The position numbers and the translations under genes are program-made. DNA of 64,000 nt from a virus, in IMG/VR virus record IMGVR_UViG_3300046387_000246, positions 1 to 64,000 of that record; one strand, 5' to 3'. The notes beneath the pieces are model-generated. The model searched no databases. It saw only the letters and a program-made list of their open reading frames with translations, and had not been told where the DNA came from. Below are positions 17,601 through 32,600 of this stretch, piece after piece; position 1 is the stretch's first letter; the number at the start of each line of letters is the position of its first letter.

Positions 17601-20600
17601 CGGTCTTCTTGTTGGTGACACTGTTACCATCTACGGTGCAAACCCAACTGTGTTCAACGGTACGTTCCTAGTTACTTCACGTATTAGTGATTTCCTCTTT
17701 GAATACAATATACCTGCACCAGCAGATGCTGCTCCACAAGGTAATATCCTCCTATCTGTTGACTTGAATAAAGGTAAGTCTACAGAAGAAGGTATCAGCA
17801 TTGCAATTAGAGACTTTACTACAAACGTACAAAATACATTCTTTGACGATACACACTCATACATCGCTTCTTCAGGTATACCGAACTATCAGGTAGGTCC
17901 TTTCGTAGGTTCTGCACTGTTACCAGGTAACCAACGTAAACTTATACGTATACCACGTGTCATCAATACAATAAGTAAACGTGAACAAACAAGTTTCGGT
18001 CCTATCGGAGCCTGGGTGAACGGAGTTTCTGCCTGGTCATACAAGTCTGAAACAAAAATTAAGTACGGTGGTGTTATAGACATCTCCATAACAAACGTTG
18101 GACAGGGATATGATGCAGCGAATCCTCCTGTTATTGAGATTAGTGGAGGAAATGGTACAGGTGCTGCTGCTAGTGTTGTTGTAAACGGAGCGTTAAGTGA
18201 GATTGAAGTTACTTCTGGTGGTACTGGTTATACTTCTAGTCCTCTTGTTTCTATCGTGGGTGGTAACGGATTCGGTGCAACTGCTACTGCTGTTATTACA
18301 AACGGTGTAGTTTCTAAGATCTTAGTAGAAAACCCAGGTCAAGGATATACATCTCAACCTGATGTGTCTATTTCAGGTGGTGAAGGAACAGGTGCAACTG
18401 CTACTGCTGAAGTTCGCGGACCTATTCAGTCTGTAAGTATTGACAATGCAGGTTCATCTTATACCGCATCTCCTACTATTAAACTAAATTCAGGTGAAGG
18501 TGCTGTTGCACAATCAATCATTATTAATGGTCGTATCGTTTCAATCGCTATTATTGCAGCAGGTCGTGCATATACTACTGCACCAGAGATTGTAATCAAT
18601 GGAGATGGTTATGGTGCTGTGGCAAGAGCTACAATTGGTACAGTTGGTGAAGATAGAGGTAAGGTTATTGGTGTTACAGTTGTAAATAGAGGTATAGGAT
18701 ATACAACAGGTAACACAACGATCCGATTGGAAGCAGTCGGTGAGATGGCGACATTCACTGCAAACGTTTTTGAGTGGACACGTAACCTACAAGATGAATT
18801 AGGACAATCCTTTGATACAGCACGCGGTTATGTGTTTGCAGGTTACAACACTCAGTATGGTGGTGAATATGCTCACGTATCTGATCCAAAACAGCTCCGT
18901 TACGTCTTAGGCGATAATGTCTTCAAAAACCAATCGACTCAACAATTACAAGAACTTGCTACTGGGTGGTTACATTCTCCGATTCTTGGATGGGCATTCG
19001 ATGGTAACCCCATTTATGGTCCTTATGGTTACATTGATGCTACCGACCAGTCTTCTGGTGTACGTCGTATTAGAAGCTCTTATAAGATTAAGGATGTCTT
19101 AATCTATGACGCTGCAACTAACCCAACTCCAGTAAGAGCAGACGGACCTCTACTAAGCAACTATTCAGCTGGATCATTTATTGAAGATTATGAATATACT
19201 TTCCAATATGGTGACTTAGATCAATATAACGGGCGTTTTTGTAAGACTCCTGAATTCCCTGAAGGCATATATGCGTACTTTGTGTCTATCGATGCATCAG
19301 ATGCAGGTAATCCTATATTCCCATACATATGCGGTTCTCAACTTTATTCTAAAGCAGATGAGTGGAACTACAGTCAGAATGCTGTTCAAACAAATATTCC
19401 ATTAGGTGTTGTTAGATTTAGAGATCCATATGAAGATGTTGACATCGATATTGATCGTCAACCAAACCAAGATACTGATATTCTTGTAACTGAATTTGGT
19501 GAGGAACTTATCTTTGAAATTGAAGATACAAACCGTGATGGTGTTATCAATAATTTAGAAGATAGTACACCTATTAATATTGCAGAAGAACCTGTACTTC
19601 AGTTATTCGATTACTATCCTAAAGTTTCTACTAGATCAGAAGTTGATATTGACATTGAAACTACGACTAAATTTGAGGATGCTCAAGTTGATGGATTTGT
19701 GGTAGAGAATCCTGGTATTTCTTATAAAGTAAACGATAAACTATACTTTGATAATACAGATACAGAAGGATTTGGTGCTTCTGCTAAAGTTGACTCAGTT
19801 AAAGGTCTTTCAATATCTGGTTATTCTTCATATATGGCGAATGATATACCTTATGGTCGTATCACTACTCCTTCAGAACACGAATTGCGTATTGGTGATG
19901 AAGTTATCGTTACCAGTAATCCTATATTAGATTCTACAAATAAAACTTATAGAGTTAAAGTTATATCTGGTGTTGAAGAATTAACAATTACACAGAATGG
20001 TGTTGGTTATTCTTCTGAACTACCTCCAACCTATGAGTTGATTACTGACACAGGACAAGATTTCCAACTTTCTCTGGTTAGAACTGATGCAGGTGGTGTT
20101 TCACAAGCAAATATTATCAACTCTGGTTCTGGATACAGTGCTTCTAATCCTCCACAGATCAGAGTATCACATCCACAGAGATATAAGAAAGCAACTTACT
20201 TCTTATCCTTTATTAAAGAAGCAACTGGTATTCTTTCAGTAAATGACGTTAGAGTCGCTGATGACCGTACTATCTACGTTGTTGGACAAAGAGATATAAC
20301 TGGTGGTGATACTTGTGGTGTTCTTGCTAAGTTCAACAGTGATGGTCGTTTACTTTGGCAGAGAACCTTAGTTCCTACAGTTCCAAATGCTAATCCCAAG
20401 TCACTAAAATGGAATTCACTATATGTCGAAAACAGCAATCCTCATAATATCTACGTTATTGGTGAAACTGTTCCTAATATTACTAACTTAACTCATAACC
20501 CAGACGTTATCGTTGCAAAATATACTTCAGGATTTGATAATGCAAACAACCCTGATGGTATTCTTCAGTGGCAACGTGATATTGCAGGTATATCTGGTGC

Positions 20601-23600
20601 TACAAGAAGGGACTATGCTACTTCTATTGCTCTTGATCAAGATGGAAGAGTAATGATAGGTGGTTATACAGACTCTAACAGTTTGTATGCTGACGATATG
20701 TGGGTTGCTTTACTTGATATCGATGGATCTATTATGGAGAAGCGTAAAATCGCTTCTAGTGCAGTCAGTGAAAGATTACATCAGTTAAAGTGGAAGTCTA
20801 CAGATAGATTCCTTTTTGTTGGTATTAACGAACCAGATAATACCTCTGACATCATTATTGGTGAAACTGTCTATGATAGTGCAACTATTGAATTAGCTTG
20901 GTCTAAGAAGATCACTAATGCATCTTACAAGTTTAAGAATCCAACATTTACTATTGATGAATATGGTTCTGTATATGTAACTGCTACTGCTGTTAATACT
21001 GATGGTAAGAATTATGGTGTTTTATATGTAAAATTTGACAATGACGTTTATACTTCTACCATACACCAAAAGATCTTTGTACCAAGTGGTACTTATCAGA
21101 GTTGTGAGAATGGTGGAGTTAAATTTGATATCTTTGGTAACGTTGATGTATCTTGTTCTGTACAGGAAGATTTCAATGCTGCTAAATCTGTAACTCTAAA
21201 GGTAGGTTGGAACACAGGTACCGCTATTAATTCTACAGTTCTATCAGAAACAAGTGGTATTGGTTTCAAACCTGTTGCAGTATCTAATGATAACTCAGGT
21301 GATACTATTGTTGTTGGTAATAAAGTTGAATCTGACCAACTTGCAATCTTTAACTGGGATACTGCTGATAACTTATTTGATGAGACATATAATGACACTT
21401 TAAAAACTGGTACAAACAAACAGTGGTATGCTACTGGTAACGCTGTAATTGATGACACTAAGAAATTTGCTGGTGCATCTTCTATTAAATTAGATGCTGC
21501 TAACTCTCTTGCACTTCAGTATGGATCAGATGTAGCAACCAGTTGGACTATGGAGGGATTCTGGGCACTAGGATCTACTCAGTACGCTGCTGCTAATACA
21601 AAACCAATATTCTATACATCTACTGATAATGCAGGTAACGTTGTTAAATTTGGTCTTGATGCTGATCAAAGTAGTCCCAACTACGGTAAATCATTTATAG
21701 ACATCTCAGGTACAACTACATTCTCTGCTGCATCTGTATACTTTGCTGTACTTAATAATGAAGTATTCATTCACGTAGCAGCAGTTAAAGAACGTGTTGG
21801 AGTTGGAGATTACAAATATAGATTCTTTATTAATGGTATTGAAACACAAGTTCTTACAAGTACCACAATTGATGTTAATTTAAAAGATGCTAGTGTGGGT
21901 CCTGATGGAACACCTGGTTCAGTCAATAACTGGATTGGTTGGATTGACAACATAGTCATCTCACCGACCGCCAAGTATGTTGAAGCGTTTACTCCCCCTG
22001 ATACACCGATTCTTGGTTCTAATAGTATCAGTAAAGGTTTCTTATACAAGGTTGACAAAGATAAAACACAGTTAGGATCATTTACTCTTAACGATGTTGA
22101 ATCAGGACATCAGATAACTCTTGCTTCTACATCTGCATATACATTCAATACTCAAGCAGTAACGCTGAATCCTTGGACAATAGGTCCTGCTGGTATTCAA
22201 ATCCTTGACTATGGTGATGTAGTAGCACAGCACGTACCTGGTGTATTTACAGTCACATCTACAGATCAGTCTTACGCTAATAAAACTTCTACTATTCCTA
22301 CACCAGGTGGTAAGAAATTACTTCTTACAACTACTGTTGTACCAAAATACTACTTCAAGGATGCAACATATACACAAATTGACCTTGTTAAGACAATATC
22401 ATTTAATCAACCAGCTACATTCACTAAAGGTGCTACATTACAACAGTATTCAGTGATTGGTGGTTCTGATGTTATATCTGCGTATGGTCAAATTGTTGAA
22501 GTAGGAGCTAGTTCTGTCAAGATTGGTAAGATTATTGGTACATTTGATAACACAAAACTACTAAAATCAACTGCTAATGACATAAATGAACTAGAAAGGA
22601 ACTTTACAGAAGAAAAAACAGAAACACAATGGGCAACTAACTTCAATTACACTGTTGGAGATGTAGTTTATAACGATAAAAAACTCTATACTGCACAAAC
22701 AACTGGTGTTTCAAGTACAATTGCACCTGTACATACAACTGGAGTTGTTTCTGATGGTGCTATTAACTGGGCTTATACCTCAGCATCAGGCATATATGTT
22801 GTAGATCTTGCAAATACATCTTATAATGGCAGTACATTAGCAACATTTGCTTCTTGGAAAGCATTCTCAGCGTCTGATTACACTATTAAGATTGAAGAAA
22901 TCTATGATGACTCCAACTTTATTAAAGGAGACACCATTGATGCTGATGCTGTCAACCTACAATTTGCTGTTGATGCTACTGGTAAGATAGCAACCTTCAC
23001 TGGACTGCTTGGTGTTAAGAAGATATCTTTAATTGCAAAACTTAATAAGGACGTAATTCCTTCTGGATCACTTACAAACACTGATTTAGTATATTGTTCT
23101 GCTGCAAGTAGACATAATTTCGAACTTAATGACATTATATTCACTGAAAACTTTGGTACTAATGATTATAATGGTTCATTCTTCGTAGAAGAGATATTTA
23201 ATTCTAGAGACTTCAGTTTCCGTCTAAGAAGCACTGCTGTACAAGATCCTACCTTTGCTGGAACTGGATCTTCAGTAGCTAACGTCAATATTTACGCTAA
23301 ACATCCTAAATTCCTCTTTGTTAGAGGTCATCAGTACATTTTTGACCTTGATGATGCTTCTAACTTAGGATATTACTTGTCATTCTCTAAAGATAACCAG
23401 TATAAACTGGAATATCCTTTCATTAATATCGTTAGAGAAGGTACACCAGGTTTCACTGATGATGATTCACCAACTCCATTGGTTAAATTTATCATTAACG
23501 AAGACGTTACTAATATTTCATACTACTTTGACCCTTCTAGAACAGGTGCAAACTCTCCTGTTGGTGAAGGATCATTCATTGACGTTATAACTTCACCTTA

Positions 23601-26600
23601 TCAAGGTACATTTAGAGTAACTGGTACAAGTAACGGTGGTAAAACATTCGACTTCAGACTATTAAATGAACCAGAAAAAACTACTGGTGCTGTGGGTAAT
23701 GATGAATTTGGTCTTCCTCGTTCTACTTACTCAACAACATCAATTAAGGCTATCGGACCTATTTCCGCTATTAAACTGGTAAATCCAGGTGGATTCTATC
23801 AGAAACTACCAATCGTTACAGATATTGCTTCTAACAGAGAAATTGAAAAGGTTAGAGTTACTAACGGTGGTACTGAATATGTAAATGGTGTCTATTATAA
23901 TGTTCCTATCTCTGGAGACGGTGAAGGTGCTATGTGTAACATCACAGTTACTGATGACGGTGACTTTACTGGTGTTATAACTGATGTTACTTTAACCTCA
24001 GCAGGTAAAGGATATAAAACTGCAACTATTGATGTAGATGCTATACCAGGTATTTTAGGACCTCTACTTGCAGGTTCTGGTGCAGTACTAGATGTTGTGA
24101 TTCCTGATGAAGGTTCAGGTGCATCTGTATTCTTACAAGGTAAATCAATTGGTAAGATCAAGAAACTTAAGAACAATGAATTTGGTTTCGGTTATTCTCA
24201 CGACTATACACTAAAACCTGAAATAACTTTCCCTGTAAACCTTCAGTTGTTTAATACCGCTTTACTAGCACAAATCAAGATAACTGACCCAGGTTCTGGT
24301 TATACTTCAACACCTGCTGTTGTAATCGAAGGTGGTGGTGGTTCTGGTGCTAGTGCTGAAGCAATAGTTAAGAACAACAGACTTTCCGAGATCATTATTA
24401 AAGATCCAGGTGCAGGTTACAGTTCTGAACCAACAGTTACACTTAAATCAGAATTTAACTACGTTGTTAACGTTGATTTAGGATATCTACAGTTCAACTT
24501 CCCACACGGTATAACAAACGGAGCAGAAGTAACATTAAGAGCAGAGGATCTTGGATCTACAGTCGGTATTCTACCAAAACCTAGTTCAGCAGGTTTGGTC
24601 AGTCTATCTTCTTCCCAGACATACTATGCTATTGCAGGTCAAGCAAATGGTCTTGAATCTGATCAGTTACGTATCTCTCTAACACAGTTAGATGCTGAAT
24701 CTGGTTCTTACATTACATTCCTAACACAAGGTGAAGGTAGACAGATACTTCTTACTGAGGTATTTGGTGGTCAAGCAACTGCTATCGTTGAAACTTCTAG
24801 ATTCCTTGCAGGTGAACTTGTTTATCAAGGTACTTCACTTCAACTTGCATCTGCTACAGGTTATGTTTCTACTAACGAAGGTTGGCAGATCGGACCTAGA
24901 ATCCTTAAACTTGAAAACTATGACGGTGTATGGAATCCTGGTGAAAGAGTAACTGGTGAGGTATCACGTGCTTCTGGTTTGATTGATAACCTTTCTATTG
25001 CAAGAGGTACACTTGAAATTGCATCTCTAACCAATACACCAGGTCAGTTTATCGATGACGTTGGTAAACCATCTGAAATTGTTCAGAAGATTCAAGATAG
25101 TTACTTCTATCAGAACTTCTCCTATGTTATTAAGTCTCAAACACCTATTAACCAGTGGAGAAAACCTGTACTAGAAACAAACCACCCTGTTGGATTTAAC
25201 CTATTTGGTGAACTATCAATCACTGGTGGTAAGGATATATCTGGAAGAAAGGTTGTATCTGACCTTATTAAAGAAGTTAATATTAATAGTTTCACTAATA
25301 TTAATAAAATTACATCATTTGCTAACGCACAACCAATTTATACTCAGTTTAATAACACTGAAGTCTTATTCAGACAGAAGAGACTTACTAACTCTGAGGA
25401 AATTCTAACTTCTATCGTTAAGAAATTAGATGATATTTCTGAGGACTTTGATGGAATTAGAACTCAATTCCCTCTTAATGTAGAGGGTGGAAGTATTACA
25501 GCAGCAGATAATCAGATGTTTGTCTTGATTAATGGTGTTGCACAGTCTCCTAGCGTAGCATTCTCAACTTCAGGACCTTCAGTTGTCTTTACTGAAGCAC
25601 CGAAAGCACCTTCTAGAATTAAGTTTAGAAAGGTTACACTAGCACAAAAGATAATCACAAGACTAACATTTAGTAGTATTGGTGGTATTTTCCCATTACT
25701 AGGCAATACAGTTCGTGGTATAGTTTCTGAAGCAACTGCAACTGTAATTGACTCTGGTACTAATTACATTGACGTTATTGATGGAGAAGGAACTTTCCAA
25801 ATCAATGAAAATGTTCTTAATAGTGCCACAGGATTTAACTCTGTTCTTAGCGATGTTTCTCCTCAAACTTCTAAGACTATCTACGAACAAGGTGAAAGAA
25901 TTACTAACCTACAAGGTAAGTTTGCTGTTATTGAAGAAAATAACCTAGATGATGGTACTGTTACTAATTTACTTGTTGTTTCTCGTACATCTGGTACTGC
26001 TGAGTTTGAAACTGGTGAATTTGATTTAGGATTTAACGATATAATTTATTCAGCACGTTCTAAGATTGCAGCAACTATTCAGTCTATTGCACCTTATCAG
26101 GATGAGGTATCTAATCAAATTATTGATACAGTTGATCTATCTCCTTCATCTTCCTTCTTTGGTCTTGTATTCCAGAGGGTTCCTTCAATTACTTTCCCGA
26201 ACGTTATCCTTGATAATATTTCAGAGACTGTTATTAACCCAACTGAACTTTATACTGAAACAGTTAATAACCAAGACTTCCTAGACTTTGAGAATGTACG
26301 TAACCAAGAGGTTAGACTTTATAACCAATCTGGTACTGCATTTGTTGCTGGTGATAAATTACGTCTTAAGAAACTATACTTTGGTAACTCTTCACTAAGA
26401 AGGGGACACGATGTACGTACATTTAACGCTGCTGAGGCTCTAACACGTAATGCAAGATTTATTGCAGAAGAATCCGTGGGAGCAATGTTGGCTTTCTACC
26501 CCTCCTTTAGCATTCAAACTGGAAGAAACGCAGATTGTGAAGATGATATCGTAGATGCTCTTACTATGATGGCGTGGCAGTTAGAGTTTGATGGTAACTC

Positions 26601-29600
26601 TGAAGTATTTGATATTGCTAATACTTACGTTCAAGGTGGCGGTGTATATCACGTAGATGGTGAAGTACCTCAAACTGTTTACGCAATGGAACAGGCACGA
26701 GATCTAGCGATCAAGTGTATCAATATGGTGACTATTAATACTGTACATACTTCATTACAGCAATGGAAAGATTTAACCGTTACTGGTGAGTATAGTGTTA
26801 CTGATAACTCTCACGGTGATGCAAGAACAATGATTCTTGCTAACAAGTGGTATATCGCTCACGAAGCATTGTACTATGCTAAACAGCAGAATCCTGGTTA
26901 TACAGTATCTGGTGGAGATGAGCATTGTCTTTCTGATATTGTTGATGTTCTAGAAGCATTAGGATATAACACTGCTCACGGTGGTAATGACTTTGTATAT
27001 GAAGCAACTGATAGAATTCTTCATTATGGTGTTACTTCTGGAGACAGAGATACCATCGTAAATGCGATGACTAAAGCCAGAGATATGGCAATCGCTGTTA
27101 TGAGAAATACTGCTGTTGCAAAACAAGATACTTCACACGGTTGGACACAGTTTACTGATGCAACTCTAACTGCATCACTTGAAAGTCCACTTTGTGCAAC
27201 AGTTGAGGCAACAATAACCACGTTGATGAATTTACTGATTAATGCCCTCGGTACTACTGCATCACCTGGTACAAGAGCAGCATTCTTAGCTGGTCAAACT
27301 AGAACAGAACCAAGTACAGCACTATTATCAGTTCCTGATGCTAATGCTTGTGTAAACCAGACATCTGCTATTACAAACTACTTCAGAATAATTACTGATA
27401 CATTACAGGATCCTACAGGTGCTGATAAAGTAACTTATCCTTGGTCTACAAGTAACTTACAAAGAGTTGCACCTCCATACTCATTTGTTGACACTGAAAA
27501 TCTTAAATCTATTAAGCACGCTTATAAAGATAAGTCATCTGGTGGATTCTTCGTCTTTGGTGAGACAGTTACAGGTATCACATCTGGAAACACTGCTGAG
27601 ATCATCGGTTCCAATGCAGGTAATAAGTGGATCTATACTAAGAACCCAACTGGTGCATTTACTGCTGGAGAATACATTACTAATAGTCTCTTAACTAATA
27701 CTAATGTAGTTGTAGATAACTTAGATTATGCTGTTGGTACTGGATCATTAGAATTTAACGGTAGTGCATACTTAACATATCCTGCAACTGAAAATGTTGC
27801 TTTTGGAGATGGTGCTGGTGCTGCTGGTGACTTTACTATTGAATTATGGGTCAAGGTTACTGCTGTTAATACTAACCAAGTTCTTATTGACTTTAGAACT
27901 GCTGCTGGTTCTACAACCGAAGCATACTTAATCATTGTTAATAACACTGTTCGTTGGAACACAGGTAATGTTGATAGAATTACATCGTCTGCTAGTTTAC
28001 AAGCAAATACTTGGACACATATCGCTGTAACACGTAACTCTGGTCTAACTAGACTATTTGTTGGTGGTTCAAAAGAAGGTGTTGATTATACAGACGCTAC
28101 AAACTATGGCAATATGCCAGTTAAGATTGGTGCGAACGTTGCTGGTTCTCTACCAATGACAGGTCATATTGAAAACTTGATGATTAAGAAAGGGATTGCT
28201 GAATACAGTTCTAGCTTTACTCCAAGTGCAACATATGATTCTGGAGACTTACGTCTAACATTTGGATTTGATGGTGAAGCACCTATTCCTCTTATTAAAG
28301 GTGAAATTTATGCTACATTCCAACAAACAATAACATCTCAATGTTCTGCTGATGGTGTAGAACTATGGCGTGATGAGATTATGACTGAAGAGATTGATCT
28401 TGCTCGTGATACTTATAGAGATTGTGCAGATATAATTGAGAAGAATAAGTATTGGATTGCTGAGGAAGCTATCGGAAGAATGAAGGCGAAGTATCCTGAC
28501 TTTATCATTCCTGGTGATACTGGTATATCTGATCAAGGTACTAAGACTTGTTTAAGAGATACTTACGAATATATTATACCTGCTATCGTTGCTGATCTTA
28601 AATACGGTGGTAACTATAATACTATTGTTGCAGGTAGAGGATATCTTGCTAACCAACAAGGTCAGTTAGCACACGTTAATGGAGAACTTCTCCAGTCCAT
28701 CTATGCTTGGAGAGAAGTTGGTAAGTTATGTAATACTGTTATCACTGCTAACGCTGATGATCTAACTGGCGTATATACAACTCGTATTCGTGTTCCTAAT
28801 TACTTTGCATCACCAGCCTCCAGTACAATCACTACTTACATTAGTGATATTATGGATGATCTTCTTGATGTTCTAGGTCCTACAGGTCACAGATATAGAG
28901 ACGGTGCTGATCTATTGTACTTTAATAGAAAGGCAATCGCTGAAGAAACAGTGATGTGGTTGGAAGAAAAATACAACATAATGATTGGGTTTAATACCGC
29001 AGATAAACTCACTATACCTGGTGGATCTGTAGGTACCAATAAGTGTATTCGTGACTTGAGAGACCACATTATACCTGCGATCTCAGGAGATTTACTTACT
29101 GGTGGTAATGCTAATATTCAAGGAATTATAGATTCTTATTTAAGTTCATCTGATAATATTTCTTACGTTGAGACAGAACTACTACCAATGCTTGATGCTA
29201 TTGGTTATACTAAGTGGTTAATGGAGAAAGCATTACAGAACTGTTTGGTTGGTAGATCTGAAAACGTCGCTAATATTACAGGTATGACTCCACTGACTAT
29301 AGATGATCTATTCCAGTTGCAGTATACAGACATTCCAGTATTCCGTAAAGAAGTTTCTGCTGATGACAACTTTGCAGAGCAACCTCTTGATCCTCAGATA
29401 TATGCAGGATCACAACGTGCTTTAGATGCTGCTGATCTAATCAATACTAATAAGAGAGCGATTGCTGAGGAAGCAGTTGACTTAACAATCAAAACAGAAG
29501 CATTCAAACATTATGGATTTAGAGTTCCTGGTGGAAAGGTTAATTGTGAAGATGATATTGTTGATATTCTAGAAGGTGTTGTTCACGATCTTAGATTTAA

Positions 29601-32600
29601 CTCTAACTCTAAGACTTACGATGCTGCATTATTGTATCTTGATTCTGAGAATGGATTGAAGCACGTTAAAGATCAACCTGCTGAAACACTCTTTGCTATG
29701 AAGATGGCAAGAGATATGACAGTTCTCGCGATTCAGAACCGTCTTGGATTTAAACCATATGCAACATATGCTCCAGCTGGCGGTGGTGCTACTGGTGGAG
29801 AGGGCTTTGCTGGCGGTGGTGCTATTGTAGAACCACGTGATACTTACTACGAAAACGCTTCTGGTAACAAGGCATATAATGCTGCTGATGAGATTAGAAA
29901 TAACTTAAGATTCATTGCTACCACTGCTGTTGGACGTGCTGTACAGCAGTATCCTTCACTAGCATTTGGTGGATATGGTTATCAGTCTTGTGTTGATGAC
30001 TGTGTTGATATTCTAGAGTCATTAGTATTCAACTTATCACACGGTGGTAATAACAAGATGTGGTATGCCACTGAGTTTTATATCACTGATGCTAATGCTA
30101 TTCAACACGTCAATAACCAAGCAGCTGAAGTTAAGTACGTATTCGAACAAGCACGTGACCTTGCTATTGCAGTAATGAGACAGCAGTTGATCACAACTAA
30201 CGGTTATACCGAAGGTGATGCGATCTATGATCTTGATATTACTATTGACCAAGCAAGTGGAACTGCTAAACATACACCATCAAATGCAACTTATAATCCT
30301 AATACTGGAGACTTAGTTCTTACTATCACTGGTTCTCATTCAATTACTACAAGTGATACTCTTAGAATTGATACTAATTCATTAGTCTTTACTTGTGATC
30401 AAGATGATCATCAAACTTTACACCCATATCCAAGAGCAACTGATCCTGCTGCATTAGCAATTCTTCCTATTACTGCTGTAAGTGGACAGGATATTACAGT
30501 CAATGTTGGTATAACACAGAGAATTAACTTTGATGCAAAGGATTCTACTTATGATCCTGAGACAGGTCTATTAACTCTTGATATTGGATCACACAATCTA
30601 AGAATTGGTCAATCACTTAAGATTCTACAAGATGAACTACTATTCCGTTGTTCACAGGATAATTACAGAACTATTCATAAGTATCCTCGTATTACTGACC
30701 CAGTAGTTGATAAAGCAATTGATATTGAAGCTGTCGGGACTACATTCCATACTGCTACATTTGCTTCTTGGAGACCTGACAGTGCGTTCTTAAGTATTAC
30801 TATTCCTAATCACGGATTCAAGAATGGTGACAGAGTTAGAATCTCTAATCATTCTATGACATTCACTTGTTCTATGGATCAGCATTATAGTAAGAAGACT
30901 TATCCAAGACTTTCTGATGCTGCAAGTGGATTATTCCTACCAATTTCTAATGTAACTAGAAACAATTTTGATGTGAACATTGGTAAGAGTCCTATCAAAT
31001 ACTTCACACCATCTCAAGCAAACTACAACCCAACTACAGGTGCACTAGAACTTATTCTTGGAAACCACGGTTTGACTGCTGGTACTCACATCAAGATAGC
31101 AGATAACTCTCTAACATTCACTTGTGATGAGGACGATAACGCTACTTATCACACATACCCAAGAACACAGACTGTACAGGTTACTCCAACAGATGCTTCT
31201 TACAATCCTGTTAATGGTCACCTAACAGTTACTGTTGCTAATCACGACTTTAAGGTTGGTGAGTTTGTTAAGGTTGCTGAAAATGGAATCGTGATGACTT
31301 GTGATATGGACGGAAATGCTTCTGAGCATCCATATCCACGTAAGAAGGATCCAGCATATGATTCTTGGATGGAAATTGCAGCAATATCTACAAACACATT
31401 TACATTTAAGGTTGGAGAATCTCCTCAAATAAGTTTCACACCGACAGATGCGGTTTACACCCCTACTACTGGTGATATGAAACTCACTATTGGTACTCAC
31501 AATCTACAAGCTGGTACTGCATTGAAGATTGAAGAAAGTGGAATCGTATTCAGTTGTGCACAAGATAATCACGCTACAGAGCATCCTTATCCACGTAGTA
31601 CTATTCTTACTGCTCCTAATATTTCCAACGCTATGTATGATCCAGCGGCTGGTTTATTAACAGTAACAACTGCTGCTGTTCACGGCTTCACAGATGGCGA
31701 TAAAGTTAAGTTTGCTGATAATGCTATTACATTCACTTGCTCAATGGATAGTAATGCAACAAATCATCCATATCCAAGATCAACTGACCCTGCATCTGGT
31801 AAGTGGTTAGAAGTTGATGTAACTAGCACAACTGAGTTTACTTGTAACGTAGGTAGGACACCTAGTGTTGTATTCGATCCTTCAATGGTCGTTTATGATC
31901 CTTCTACAGGTATTATGGTTATGACCATTGGTGCTCACGACTTAACAGTTGGAACATCTGTAAGAATCGCTAATAATTCAATTACATTTAAGTGTGCTCA
32001 AGATAACTACGCTACTGATCACTCTTATCCTCGTTCTACTGACCCATTCTATGATACTTCTTGCCCAATCACTGCTGTTACTGACACCACAATTTCAGTA
32101 CAAGTTCTAAGTACAGTTCCATCTACAAACGTAACTGCTCATACTTGGCAACCACCTGCTAAGTTGACACCAACTAATGCAACTTACAACCCAAGTACAG
32201 GGGTTATGGAAGTTACTGTTGCTAATCACGGTTTAATGAATGGTGAGCACATCAGAATCGATGAAAATGCTTTCACATTCACTTGTAATCAAGATAGTAA
32301 TGCTACTAACCACGCATATCCAAGATCAACTGACCCTGCATACCATCAGTTCTTACCAGTTTCTAACGTAACTCAGAATACATTCCAAGTTACTGTTCTT
32401 GCTGTAACACCTTCTACTAATACTACAACTCACGCATTTGTAAGTGCTGTTTCTGATAGCATTACTAGAGGTGTTGTGAGAAGCGGTGGTATTTACACTC
32501 ACGCATTTGTAAGTGCTGTTGCTGGATCTCTTTCATATAAGAAAGACCAAGCATTTGATTCTTCAGTTACTATTAAGCACGAAGGTACTCCTTTAACTCC

